From positions 1-25,714 of the IMG/VR virus record IMGVR_UViG_3300029317_000007: a stretch of 25,714 nucleotides of DNA. One strand, written 5' to 3'. The notes beneath the pieces are model-generated. The model saw nothing but the letters and a program-made list of their open reading frames with translations, was not told the origin of the DNA and did no database searches. Shown piece by piece: positions 7,445 through 16,124 of the stretch (positions are counted from its first letter, which is position 1; each line of letters opens with the position of its first letter). This DNA is from a virus. Its lineage: Duplodnaviria > Caudoviricetes. Made by a program: the position numbers and the translations under genes.

Positions 7445-7534
7445 ATGGCCACTACCAAAGTCAAAAAGACGCAGAAGAAGAAAGCCTCAAAGATGGCGGG
7501 TGGTGCCGGTAAAAAGCGGGTTAAAAAAAGCTGA
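7445..7534 (+). CDS. Lysine-rich basic peptide, 29 aa, not in the ORF track
   Basis: MATTKVKKTQKKKASKMAGGAGKKRVKKS; TGATG overlap with 7534; weak SD. Confidence 0.5.
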   Translation: MATTKVKKTQKKKASKMAGGAGKKRVKKS

Positions 7535-7986
7535 TGCTGAGCCTATCCCTTCTACTAGTGGCCTTATTATTTAACGCGGTATTCAATACGCGAGATGGCC
7601 GGTCGCTTGTCGGTCTAGCTGTATTGGTGCCAACCGCAGCCCATTTCATTCTAGCAAGTGATTTGGGTGGTTATCAATATTATGGGTCAGTGGGCGCTAT
7701 GTGCTGCATCTCGTTTGCACTTCTTGAGTTCCTGGAAGACTCCCCTCTTGTTACCGCGATTCAATCTATACAAATTGCCGGCATATTGGCCAACGGGTTC
7801 GGCGTGGTGATGTATTACGCATGGCAGGAGCCAATGCTATATAATGTTATAATGACCGCTCTTATTATAATTGAATGGACTAGGCTAATGCTAAGGACGC
7901 GGGCGGATGGTGAGCACGGAGCAAATAATTTCATGCGCAATATTCGCCTTAATGCTGACATCCACAACCTGGGTGTTACTAAGTAA
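7534..7986 (+). CDS. Multi-pass membrane protein (about 4-5 TM segments)
   Basis: Several long hydrophobic segments; lies in the usual lysis-gene position. Confidence 0.75.
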   Translation: MLSLSLLLVALLFNAVFNTRDGRSLVGLAVLVPTAAHFILASDLGGYQYYGSVGAMCCISFALLEFLEDSPLVTAIQSIQIAGILANGFGVVMYYAWQEPMLYNVIMTALIIIEWTRLMLRTRADGEHGANNFMRNIRLNADIHNLGVTK

Positions 7987-8258
7987 TGACTACAAGCGCG
8001 CATACCTTAACAGATGGAAAGAACGAATTATTAGATTTGGCTTTAAGCAGCCCAAAGGTGCAGGCAATAGTGGCAAGCGGAACGACCGGTCTGGCCATTG
8101 ATTACAATATTATGTCCTGGCTACCTCCTGTTATTAGTCTAGTGGGTGGTATCTTCGGTATTGTTATTTCAGTTATGATTATTCGCCACAAGCATATCCA
8201 AATGAAGCACACCAAATTAATGTACCAGATAGACAAAAAGAAATTAGAGGCCATGTAA
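7986..8258 (+). CDS. Holin-like membrane protein
   Basis: TM segment WLPPVISLVGGIFGIVISVMII followed by a basic tail; TAATG overlaps; function inferred from size and position. Confidence 0.5.
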   Translation: MTTSAHTLTDGKNELLDLALSSPKVQAIVASGTTGLAIDYNIMSWLPPVISLVGGIFGIVISVMIIRHKHIQMKHTKLMYQIDKKKLEAM

Positions 8259-8620
8259 TGTCAGGTTTTAATAAATTCGAGTACGGCCTAGTCATTCGGT
8301 CCAATATTGGCCAAGACGTCTTGACCAATGAAGGGCTTGAGATGACTATTCAGCCCGAGGTGGGCGCAAGCATGAACGCAACCGCTAATGGTTTCGATAT
8401 TCCAGTGGGGGCTATTATCGTCAAGAATCCATTGGTCACGGTTGGTGTGGTGGATGTGGAAGTGGGCGATGAAACCTTCTTGGCCAATGAATACCTTGAA
8501 TACACTATCCAACCCAATGATTTATCAAAGTCTGGAATCTGGCGTGTAAAGGGTTCGGTGGATATATCGTCCAACAATCGAGCAGTTAGTGACTTTGTGC
8601 GTTTCACTGTCTTAGAATAA
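8258..8620 (+). CDS. Virion-type protein resembling the BppU N-terminal domain
   Basis: LEYTIQPNDLSKSGIWRVKGSV...SDFVRFTV pattern. Confidence 0.5.
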   Translation: MSGFNKFEYGLVIRSNIGQDVLTNEGLEMTIQPEVGASMNATANGFDIPVGAIIVKNPLVTVGVVDVEVGDETFLANEYLEYTIQPNDLSKSGIWRVKGSVDISSNNRAVSDFVRFTVLE

Positions 8621-8631
8621 TAAGTTATAAT
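8603..8631 (+). promoter_or_regulatory. Sigma70 promoter for the structured leader and adhesin-like operon
   Basis: TTCACT (8603-8608), 17-nt spacer, TATAAT (8626-8631); predicted start about 8637-8638 at the base of the first hairpin. Confidence 0.6.
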
Positions 8632-8637
8632 GTCCAA

Positions 8638-8750
8638 GCTGTCGGAAGTGAAGGGCTGACAGCACGGCTAGCTAGCCACCTACTCCCCTTCTCCCTTCAA
8701 GTATTACAGCCCTTCGGGGCTTCACCTTCTCCCTTCACATGGAGAAAGCT
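8638..8750 (+). ncRNA. Structured leader / candidate regulatory RNA
   Basis: Hairpin GCUGUCGG-loop AAGUGAAGGG-CUGACAGC; palindrome GGCUAGCUAGCC; 13-nt direct repeat CCUUCUCCCUUCA (8687-8699, 8725-8737) flanking a cUUCGg hairpin (8708-8721); anti-SD UUCUCC/GGAGAA. Confidence 0.55.
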
Positions 8751-9092
8751 GTGCCTAGCGAGATTTACTTAATTGAAACCAGTTCTATTAGTGATGGCGT
8801 GTACCTGTCGGGTGAAATGCCGCTAGGATACAGTACAGGCTACATATCCTTAAAGTTTTTGAATTCTTCAGGGGCCTCTGTTGTTCCGACAACTGGAACT
8901 GTTAAATTTGAGGGTAGCGAGGATGGCTCGTCATGGGGTGAAATTGCCACTATAGACGCCACACTGGTTGGTGCGGGTGTTGAGTATACTCGCCCCGCCT
9001 TTGCTGGTCCTGTTTCAAAGGTTCGCGCCACATTGTCAATGATAAGCGCGAATGCGGCTTCGGTGATGGTGCGTATTGCGAGGTATAGCTAG
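8751..9092 (+). CDS. Hypothetical beta-rich virion-type protein
   Basis: GTG 8751 with GGAG SD (8741-8744) preferred over ATG 8739, which has only pyrimidines upstream; GTVKFEGSEDG..W motif. Confidence 0.65.
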   Translation: MPSEIYLIETSSISDGVYLSGEMPLGYSTGYISLKFLNSSGASVVPTTGTVKFEGSEDGSSWGEIATIDATLVGAGVEYTRPAFAGPVSKVRATLSMISANAASVMVRIARYS

Positions 9093-10564
9093 TGACAAAT
9101 AGATTTCCTATTCCTGGCGTTAGCAATGATAGCTCTTCTTTATCTTATGCACAATTAGAGTTATTCAAGCATCTATCTTACAACGCGCTACTTGATCAAG
9201 TAGAAGTAGACGTTGCACTATCCACAACATTACATACGTTTAGACTAAGCCATCAGTGGTCAATGTCCAGTGGTGACACGACACTAGTGTTCGGGTCTAC
9301 TGCATTGGACTCGCAGCTTATGCCGCTCATGCAAGGCATAAAAAACTATACCAAGATTGAAAACCACACTGTAGCAGGGATTATAAGGCCTTATGCCAAA
9401 GTTTACTCTGATGATGTCAGCTTTACTGGGTTGCGTGATGGTGGGAGTGCTATAGACCCCGAGGGGGAGGCTGTGCCTTATGAAGGAATCACGGAGCTAA
9501 CCAGTAACTTGTCTGTCTATGCAGTGAGCTCAGTAAGTGCAGAGGCCATACCAGCTGGCACAAAGTTGAGGTATAAATTATGGCAGGGTGAAGACGATAC
9601 GGGTGATCTAATACTATCCCAATACCTAGTTACTACCGAAGACCATGATGCGGATTTCCCATTTACATTGTGGTGGTCCAACCTTGCGGAAGGGCAGAAG
9701 GGCACTTCGGTATTCGCAAGGGCTACTATTGAACCGCCTGGCGAAGAGGAGCGGGTAGTATTGGCAAGGCCCAATCAGGCAGGCGGGCATTGGAATTCAC
9801 TGGCATTTCGCACGTTCACCACGGAGGAGGTGGTGCTTGAGCCTGCACTGCTTGCGACAGAGCGCCTGATACTGGGGAAGGACAACCCTAATGGACTCCA
9901 CTTAGCTAAGAAAGGGTTTATCTATGATGACGCTGACCGCGGCATACTTACAGAAGCTGAACCTAACTGCGTAGGAATAGGAAGGTCAATTACTGGCAAC
10001 TTCTATAACGGCGTGGAAATGCCAATATGGTCGGAGGCGGACTGTAACAATACGCACGACCTCTACTGGTCGATGTCCAAGCTATGCGCCTCCCTTGACT
10101 ATGCGCCTCTTATGTATTTTGGTAGCAGTGTATTTGGTATGCACGTCAGTGTGCGCAACTCAAGTATAAAGTGCGGTATGCACATGATTGGGGGAGGGTG
10201 GCAGTATGTGTCTGTACCGCTAAATAATGTTGAGTGGTATAGGATACATATACACCGAACACCTACCACGCTAACTCTATCTAACGGCATAGACTCGGTT
10301 ACCATGACAAGCCCCACAGGCTGGGAGCCTGTAGCTATCAACTATATGTCAGGCCCATATTATACTTTTGGCAATGCTGCTTATGTGAAAATAAGGCACG
10401 TAGAGTCCTACCTAGGAACCAAAGGGGCAGATGGTAGTGTTCTGCTATTCGGTGCTGAATGTGCCGGCCTTCCTACCATAGGCAGGGATAATGTAGGTAA
10501 CTTACTATGGGACCAAGAGAACGGCACAGCCAGAATAACCAACCGTGATGACGTTAACTTTTAA
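9092..10564 (+). CDS. Putative virion appendage protein with a possible C-terminal lectin (ConA/LamG)-like domain
   Basis: 490 aa, beta-rich; WYRIHIHRTPTTLTLSNG resembles a LamG strand pattern; domain call is tentative. Confidence 0.45.
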   Translation: MTNRFPIPGVSNDSSSLSYAQLELFKHLSYNALLDQVEVDVALSTTLHTFRLSHQWSMSSGDTTLVFGSTALDSQLMPLMQGIKNYTKIENHTVAGIIRPYAKVYSDDVSFTGLRDGGSAIDPEGEAVPYEGITELTSNLSVYAVSSVSAEAIPAGTKLRYKLWQGEDDTGDLILSQYLVTTEDHDADFPFTLWWSNLAEGQKGTSVFARATIEPPGEEERVVLARPNQAGGHWNSLAFRTFTTEEVVLEPALLATERLILGKDNPNGLHLAKKGFIYDDADRGILTEAEPNCVGIGRSITGNFYNGVEMPIWSEADCNNTHDLYWSMSKLCASLDYAPLMYFGSSVFGMHVSVRNSSIKCGMHMIGGGWQYVSVPLNNVEWYRIHIHRTPTTLTLSNGIDSVTMTSPTGWEPVAINYMSGPYYTFGNAAYVKIRHVESYLGTKGADGSVLLFGAECAGLPTIGRDNVGNLLWDQENGTARITNRDDVNF

Positions 10565-10575
10565 GGGGTTACACA

Positions 10576-11748
10576 ATGCAGGAAATAAGTAGAACGAAGT
10601 TAGTACTCGACCCCATGGACACGGTGTTAATACGTGACAGCGTGGACAATGAGATTAAGGAGACGTTATCCGAGAACGTCTTCGTACACAGTCTGACGCA
10701 GACGGGCGTAGACCCAGTGACAGGCACAATCACATACACCATGTGGCGAGATATCAGCCAAACTGTATCCATGGGTGACGTTGTGGTTAAGCAAGGCGTG
10801 GATGGAACTGGGTTGTCTATCCCTGACTACGTAAATGGGGATTACGCCAAGAACGAAACTGTGATGGAGGATGGCTTGCTGTATCGTGCATTAGGTGTGG
10901 TAGCAGCAGGTACGGGTATTCCCAGTGCCACGCCAGCACTATGGAAAGCCGTACAAGTTGGTGGCGTAAACCTTGTGCACGACCAAGCAAGGGATTACGC
11001 AGTGGGTGAGGTGATTCTAGTTAATGGGGCATTCTATACGCCATTCACAAACATAACTGCGAGCAATGCCTCCCCCGTTCCTTTTGTTGAGGGATACGCT
11101 ATTGATCAATGGTACAACGTGGCGGGCGGTGTATTTCGTCATTGGGGTATAACCGAGGCCGTGGCAGCAGACACAGTGCGCAGGTTTGGTGATGCGCTAT
11201 ACCAATCTAACTCAGTAATAGCCGCAGGTGTGGCCTTTGCTGTGGGTGATAGCACTAACGAATGGCGCATAGCAGGCACGCCCAAGGCGCGTGCGAGTCT
11301 ACTTATAAGGGGGTTGTCAAGCGGTGACCCTGACATGAGTGCATCGGCGGGCGCATTCGATACAGTGGTGGCAACGTGGAACGCAGACGCAGATGCAAAT
11401 AGAATAACACTCAATACTGCAACAGGTGTGGCAACGGTACTAGGGGCGGGAACGTACTTCGTTTATGCAGAGTTAGATTTTGATAGGGATGGTGGCGCTA
11501 CGTCCGATTGGACGCGAGCAGTCGTGCGGGTAAATGACTCTGTAGAGCTAACTGGCCCAATGTCATGGACACCTGACGAGGGTAATAACGGCAACGGTAC
11601 AGGCTGCGCATACTGTCAAGTCACGGGAATGTTGCGCCTTGAAGCAGGCGATGAAGTAACAATTCATGCAACTGGTGTACAGATAGGTGCAGGCTTGCTC
11701 GATTTGAATGCATCCGACTGCAATTTCACACTAACGAGTATTTCATAA
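10576..11748 (+). CDS. Adhesin-like protein: three CBM5/12-like repeats plus a C-terminal C1q/TNF-like domain
   Basis: Repeats DYAKNETVMEDGLLYRA..W, DYAVGEVILVNGAFYT..W, AVAADTVRRFGDALYQS..W; C1q-like FDTV...TGVATVLGAGTYFVYA...LRLEAGDEVTI. Confidence 0.65.
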   Translation: MQEISRTKLVLDPMDTVLIRDSVDNEIKETLSENVFVHSLTQTGVDPVTGTITYTMWRDISQTVSMGDVVVKQGVDGTGLSIPDYVNGDYAKNETVMEDGLLYRALGVVAAGTGIPSATPALWKAVQVGGVNLVHDQARDYAVGEVILVNGAFYTPFTNITASNASPVPFVEGYAIDQWYNVAGGVFRHWGITEAVAADTVRRFGDALYQSNSVIAAGVAFAVGDSTNEWRIAGTPKARASLLIRGLSSGDPDMSASAGAFDTVVATWNADADANRITLNTATGVATVLGAGTYFVYAELDFDRDGGATSDWTRAVVRVNDSVELTGPMSWTPDEGNNGNGTGCAYCQVTGMLRLEAGDEVTIHATGVQIGAGLLDLNASDCNFTLTSIS

Positions 11749-11849
11749 TGCAGGCACTAACAAGAGAAGAGCGCGCATTCAATGCGGCATGCGTTAGATG
11801 GCTAATGTTGCCGTGGTATAAGCGATTGTTCACTAAAAAGCCAAAATAG
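11748..11849 (+). CDS. Small basic protein, 33 aa, not in the ORF track
   Basis: MQALTREERAFNAACVRWLMLPWYKRLFTKKPK; TAATG overlap. Confidence 0.5.
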   Translation: MQALTREERAFNAACVRWLMLPWYKRLFTKKPK

Positions 11850-11884
11850 GAGGTGATATAGGATAGCTTTAACAAGGATGTTTT

Positions 11885-11911
11885 AAGCCCCAGTATAACG
11901 GGGCTTTTTTT
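11885..11911 (+). terminator. Intrinsic terminator
   Basis: AAGCCCC-agtataac-GGGGCTT followed by a T run. Confidence 0.75.
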
Positions 11912-11912
11912 A

Positions 11913-11921
11913 TGATATAAT
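11913..11921 (+). promoter_or_regulatory. Extended -10 promoter upstream of terS
   Basis: TG-A-TATAAT directly after the terminator. Confidence 0.5.
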
Positions 11922-11948
11922 CGCATAAAGACTGACGAAAGACTGACT

Positions 11949-12407
11949 ATGGCCAAGCATGAGTTCGACAAAGACAACCAGCCCAAGGACGAGGCAAGAA
12001 AGCCCAGGGGAAAGGGCAAGAAGTCGCTAATGCTTGACGCTATTCGTGAGACTTGCACGGATGGTGATGAAATGGAGTATTTGAAAAAGGTAGTTGCTGC
12101 ATCTCTTGGCGACCCAACCACCAACCCACCAACCCCTCCCAATCCCACATTGATGACACTGGTTATTAATAGAGTAGAGCCACCTTTAAAAGGGGTTAGC
12201 CCTATGGTTAGCTTCGACTTTGACCCTGATGCAATACCGGCAGTACAAGCCAGTCAAGCAATGGCAGCGGCGGCTAGTGGATTGATACCGACAGACATAG
12301 CATCGTTATTTGTTACATCCATTGCAAGCATGCTCAAGATTGAAGAGGTCACAGAGATAGCAAGGCGCTTATCTGAGATAGAGAAGGTGCTCGAAGCGAA
12401 TGGCTAG
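11949..12407 (+). CDS. terS: Putative terminase small subunit
   Basis: Immediately upstream of and overlapping terL; helical, with N-terminal F..DNQP...RPRG-type motif. Confidence 0.65.
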   Translation: MAKHEFDKDNQPKDEARKPRGKGKKSLMLDAIRETCTDGDEMEYLKKVVAASLGDPTTNPPTPPNPTLMTLVINRVEPPLKGVSPMVSFDFDPDAIPAVQASQAMAAAASGLIPTDIASLFVTSIASMLKIEEVTEIARRLSEIEKVLEANG

Positions 12408-13980
12408 TCCCTTGCTTAAAGCTTTGGATTCAATCGAGGCCAGAATATCCATGGCCAACGGTACTAACTCTAAAACCCCTATTGGTATTGTGTGCCCTAA
12501 TGATGGCCATATAAGAACCGTTAAGGAAATAGATGGGGTATGGACGCAAACCTTTGAAGACCCATTGTTTAGCATTCCATTAAAGCTTGAGCCAATCCTA
12601 TTAAGGCCGAAGCGATTTATCATCATTGTAGGTGGTCGTGGGTCGGGTAAGTCTGAATCATTGGCAGGCATTGAGTCCATGCGCCTTAATGATCACGGTA
12701 TTAAGTTAGCCTGCTTCCGTGAGTTCCAAAACAGTATAGAGGACTCGGTTTATTCGCTGCTGTATAACAAAATAAATTCGGCGGGGTATGAAGGGTTTAA
12801 AAAGACCAATACATCAATCAAGAGTAACGCAGGGGGAGAGGCTAAGTTTAGGGGGTTAGCGCGTAATCCAGACAGTGTGAAGTCAATGGATGGGTTCAAG
12901 GACTTCTGGGTAGAAGAGGCCCAGGCCGCATCCGAGAACAGCCTCAAATTGTTAACCCCCACAATGCGTGAAGAAGGTGGCCGAATTATCTTTACTGCTA
13001 ACCCGTCATCAAGTGAAGACCCATTCAGTAAGCGCTTCATTGCCCCGTTTATGAATCAGCTAGGGGCTAATGGTATTTACGAGGATGATCTACACCTTGT
13101 CATTATGATCAACTGGCGAGATAACCCTTGGTTCCCTGAATCACTTAACCAAGAAAGAGAGTGGGATTATGAGAACCTGCCAAGGGCTTTGTATGATCAC
13201 ATATGGGAAGGTAAGTTTAACGACTCGATTGATAACGCCCTAATCATGGCTGAATGGTTTGACGCCTGTATTGATGCTCACAAGAAACTTGGCTTTAGTG
13301 GTAAGGGTGCAAGGATGGCAGCACATGACCCATCAGACACAGGACCAGATAGTAAAGGATTTGCAGCTAGACACGGTTCAATTGTTACTCACGTAATGGA
13401 GAAGACGGATGGCGACATTAACGAGGGCGGGGACTGGTCAACGGGTTTGTGTATTGATCTTGGTATCGATAGTTACACTTGGGATTGTGACGGCATGGGG
13501 GTTGGTCTTTCTAGGCAGACAAGCGAGGCGTTTAGCGGCAAGGCTATTGCGTTAACCATGTTTAAGGGGTCGGAGAGTGTTGACCGGCCCACAGCTATCT
13601 ATGATCCAGTGATAAAGAAAGGCGTTGAGCAGCAAAAGAAAAACAAAGATGTCTTTAAGAATAAGCGTGCCCAGTATTACCAGGTATTGCGTGACCGGAT
13701 TTACAATACCTTTAGGGCAGTGGTCCATGGTGAGTACAAAGACCCTGATACACTGATTAGCTTTGATTCATCTATTGAGCTGATAGGCAAGCTAAGGGCG
13801 GAGTTGTGCAGGATGCCGGTTAAGCCTAACGCCAATGGATTGATTGAGTTGTACACCAAAGACGTAATGAAGAAGCGCTTTAAAGTGGCCTCCCCTAACC
13901 TGGGGGACTCTGTAATGATGCTAATGAGAGAACCTGTTATAATCGAACCAATTACCCTTGACTTTGAATCGGAATTTTAA
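12400..13980 (+). CDS. terL: Terminase large subunit (PBSX/Terminase_3 type)
   Basis: Walker A GGRGSGKS, REFQNSI, Walker B WVEEAQ, TANP, DNPWFP, nuclease HDP..D and SPNLGDS motifs. Confidence 0.95.
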   Translation: MASPLLKALDSIEARISMANGTNSKTPIGIVCPNDGHIRTVKEIDGVWTQTFEDPLFSIPLKLEPILLRPKRFIIIVGGRGSGKSESLAGIESMRLNDHGIKLACFREFQNSIEDSVYSLLYNKINSAGYEGFKKTNTSIKSNAGGEAKFRGLARNPDSVKSMDGFKDFWVEEAQAASENSLKLLTPTMREEGGRIIFTANPSSSEDPFSKRFIAPFMNQLGANGIYEDDLHLVIMINWRDNPWFPESLNQEREWDYENLPRALYDHIWEGKFNDSIDNALIMAEWFDACIDAHKKLGFSGKGARMAAHDPSDTGPDSKGFAARHGSIVTHVMEKTDGDINEGGDWSTGLCIDLGIDSYTWDCDGMGVGLSRQTSEAFSGKAIALTMFKGSESVDRPTAIYDPVIKKGVEQQKKNKDVFKNKRAQYYQVLRDRIYNTFRAVVHGEYKDPDTLISFDSSIELIGKLRAELCRMPVKPNANGLIELYTKDVMKKRFKVASPNLGDSVMMLMREPVIIEPITLDFESEF

Positions 13981-16098
13981 ATGGCCACCAAGCAAGAAAA
14001 ACTAGACAAGATTCACCGCATAGCTGTTGAGCGGTTTGAGTCCATTATGACCCGGGAGCGTGATCAGCGAGCCCTGGCCGTTGAGGATGCAAAGTTTGCC
14101 CATGCGCCAGATGGTCAATGGGATGAAAACGCCATAGAGAAACGCAAGGACCGTCCCCGTTATACGATTAACCGTGTGGCCGGTGCTATTGACCAATTGG
14201 TGGGTGATAGACGCCAGAACCGAACAGACATCAAGGTGCGCCCTGTAAGCGGTGGTGCTGATAAACAATTGGCCGACATATACAATGGTCTAATTCGTAA
14301 CATTGAAGGGCTTAGCAAGGCAGAGAACGCCTACGACATGGCATTTGATGAACTGGTAACGGGTGGTTATGGTGGGTGGCGTGTACTCACGGAGTTTTCA
14401 GATGATGATAGCTTTGAGCAAGACATACGCATCCACACAATCGACTCAGCATCCACAAGCTTATTCTTCGACCCTGCCGCCAGTGAGTACGACAAGCGCG
14501 ATGCCGGTCACGCATTCCTGACTACCTTAATGCCTGTGGAAGAGTTCAAGGCTAAGTTTCCAGATCAGCCGGAAATATCATTTGATCAAGAGCAGTTCAA
14601 TAGTAATTTGTGTTCGTCTTGGTTTAATAACGACATGGTGCGCATTGCTGAGTACTGGGTAAAGGTTCCGGTCATGCGTAACATCGGCTTGCTATCTGAT
14701 GGCCGTGTTATCGATCTTGATGACGAGTCTATTGTGTTGGATGAATTGGCAGCTCAAGGCGTAACAGTACAAAGCGAGCGCAAGATTAAAAGCCATAAGG
14801 TTGTGATGTATAAAATGTCCGGTGCTGGCATGTTGTCCGGCCCTAGTGAATGGGCAGGTAAGTTTATCCCGTTGATTCCTTCCTTTGGTAAGGTGGCGCG
14901 AATTGAGGGCAAAGAGTACGTGCGTGGATTAGTGCGTAACGCCAAAGACCCTAACCGTATTTATAATTACACGGTATCAAGTGAGATAGAGACCACAGCG
15001 TTAACACCTAAAGACCCGTATTGGATCACAGCAACCCAGGCTAAAGGGCATATACCCCAGCTAAAAACATTCAACACTAGCAACCAGCCATTCATGCTGT
15101 ACAACGCAGACCCAGAAGCCCCAGGCGCACCACAGCGTACCGGTGCCCCATCGGTACAGGCGGCAATGATTGGCCAGCGACAGAACGCAGCGCTAGATAT
15201 ATACGCCACCACAGGCATTGAGCCAGCATCATTGGGCAATAGCCCGGAGCTGAAAAGTGGTAAGGCTATCATTGCTCAGCAAAAGATGGGTGACCGTGGC
15301 TCATTTGTGTATACCGATAACCTGAATAAATCCATTGAATACACTGGTGAAATATTGGTGGACCTAATCCCGCGCATCTATGACACAGAGCGGGTCATCC
15401 GAGTGTTAAACATTGATGGCACCAGTGAAGAGGTCAAGATTAATGCAGGGCTGGCCAACTTTAACGAGTCCATCACTGACACACAGACAGGCAAAGACGA
15501 GATAGTTTACGACCTATCCCGTGGCAAGTATGACGTAGTGGTGACAGCAGGCCCTTCCTTCGCATCACAACGCCAGGAATCAGCACAGCAATTGATTGAC
15601 CTGACAGCTAATAGCCCACGCTTTGAGGCCATCGCTACTGATTTGATAGCCAAGAACCTTGATGTCTTGGAGTCTGAAGAGCTAACCAAGCGCATTAGAA
15701 AGAAGATGATTCAAGAAGGCACGGTGACACCAACAGACGACGAGACGGAAGAGCTAGGCTTAAACCAACCACAACCGCCTAGTGAGTCCGAACAAGCTCT
15801 GTTAGATAATGTCTTAATGCAGAATGAAAAGCTAATGGCAGAGATTGAAGGCATTGACGCTAAGAACGCCAAAGCCATGGCAGACATTAACAAGCAGAAT
15901 CTAGACGCCATGCAATCTATGCTTGATAACTTTGCCAAACAGCAAGAGCTAGGCATTCCACTATCAAGCCGTGACCATGACAATCGAGTTAAGCAGAATG
16001 ATATTATTGCCGATACTCAGCAGGTGATAGACCCAGGTCCGAACAGTGAAGCCGCTTCGGAGTTGGCAGCACTATCACAGCAACCAGTACAGCAGTAA
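13981..16098 (+). CDS. Portal protein, P22 gp1-like
   Basis: QWDENAIEKRKDRPRYTINR, VRIAEYW, GLVRNAKDPNRIYNY, GKYDVVVTAGPSFASQRQE; follows terL. Confidence 0.93.
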   Translation: MATKQEKLDKIHRIAVERFESIMTRERDQRALAVEDAKFAHAPDGQWDENAIEKRKDRPRYTINRVAGAIDQLVGDRRQNRTDIKVRPVSGGADKQLADIYNGLIRNIEGLSKAENAYDMAFDELVTGGYGGWRVLTEFSDDDSFEQDIRIHTIDSASTSLFFDPAASEYDKRDAGHAFLTTLMPVEEFKAKFPDQPEISFDQEQFNSNLCSSWFNNDMVRIAEYWVKVPVMRNIGLLSDGRVIDLDDESIVLDELAAQGVTVQSERKIKSHKVVMYKMSGAGMLSGPSEWAGKFIPLIPSFGKVARIEGKEYVRGLVRNAKDPNRIYNYTVSSEIETTALTPKDPYWITATQAKGHIPQLKTFNTSNQPFMLYNADPEAPGAPQRTGAPSVQAAMIGQRQNAALDIYATTGIEPASLGNSPELKSGKAIIAQQKMGDRGSFVYTDNLNKSIEYTGEILVDLIPRIYDTERVIRVLNIDGTSEEVKINAGLANFNESITDTQTGKDEIVYDLSRGKYDVVVTAGPSFASQRQESAQQLIDLTANSPRFEAIATDLIAKNLDVLESEELTKRIRKKMIQEGTVTPTDDETEELGLNQPQPPSESEQALLDNVLMQNEKLMAEIEGIDAKNAKAMADINKQNLDAMQSMLDNFAKQQELGIPLSSRDHDNRVKQNDIIADTQQVIDPGPNSEAASELAALSQQPVQQ

Positions 16099-16103
16099 AC
16101 ACT

Positions 16104-16124
16104 AGGGGCTTGACCGCCCTTTTT
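16104..16124 (+). terminator. Intrinsic terminator after portal
   Basis: AGGGGC-ttgacc-GCCCTT followed by TTT-GTTT. Confidence 0.65.

Noticed and set aside
7907-8101. Overlapping plus-strand 64-aa ORF as an embedded spanin or antiholin
   Set aside because: No lipobox at a suitable position; the flanking coupled ORFs already explain the region
8638-8738. tRNA or CRISPR interpretation of the structured leader
   Set aside because: No acceptor stem or T-loop geometry; only two 13-nt repeats with no spacer array
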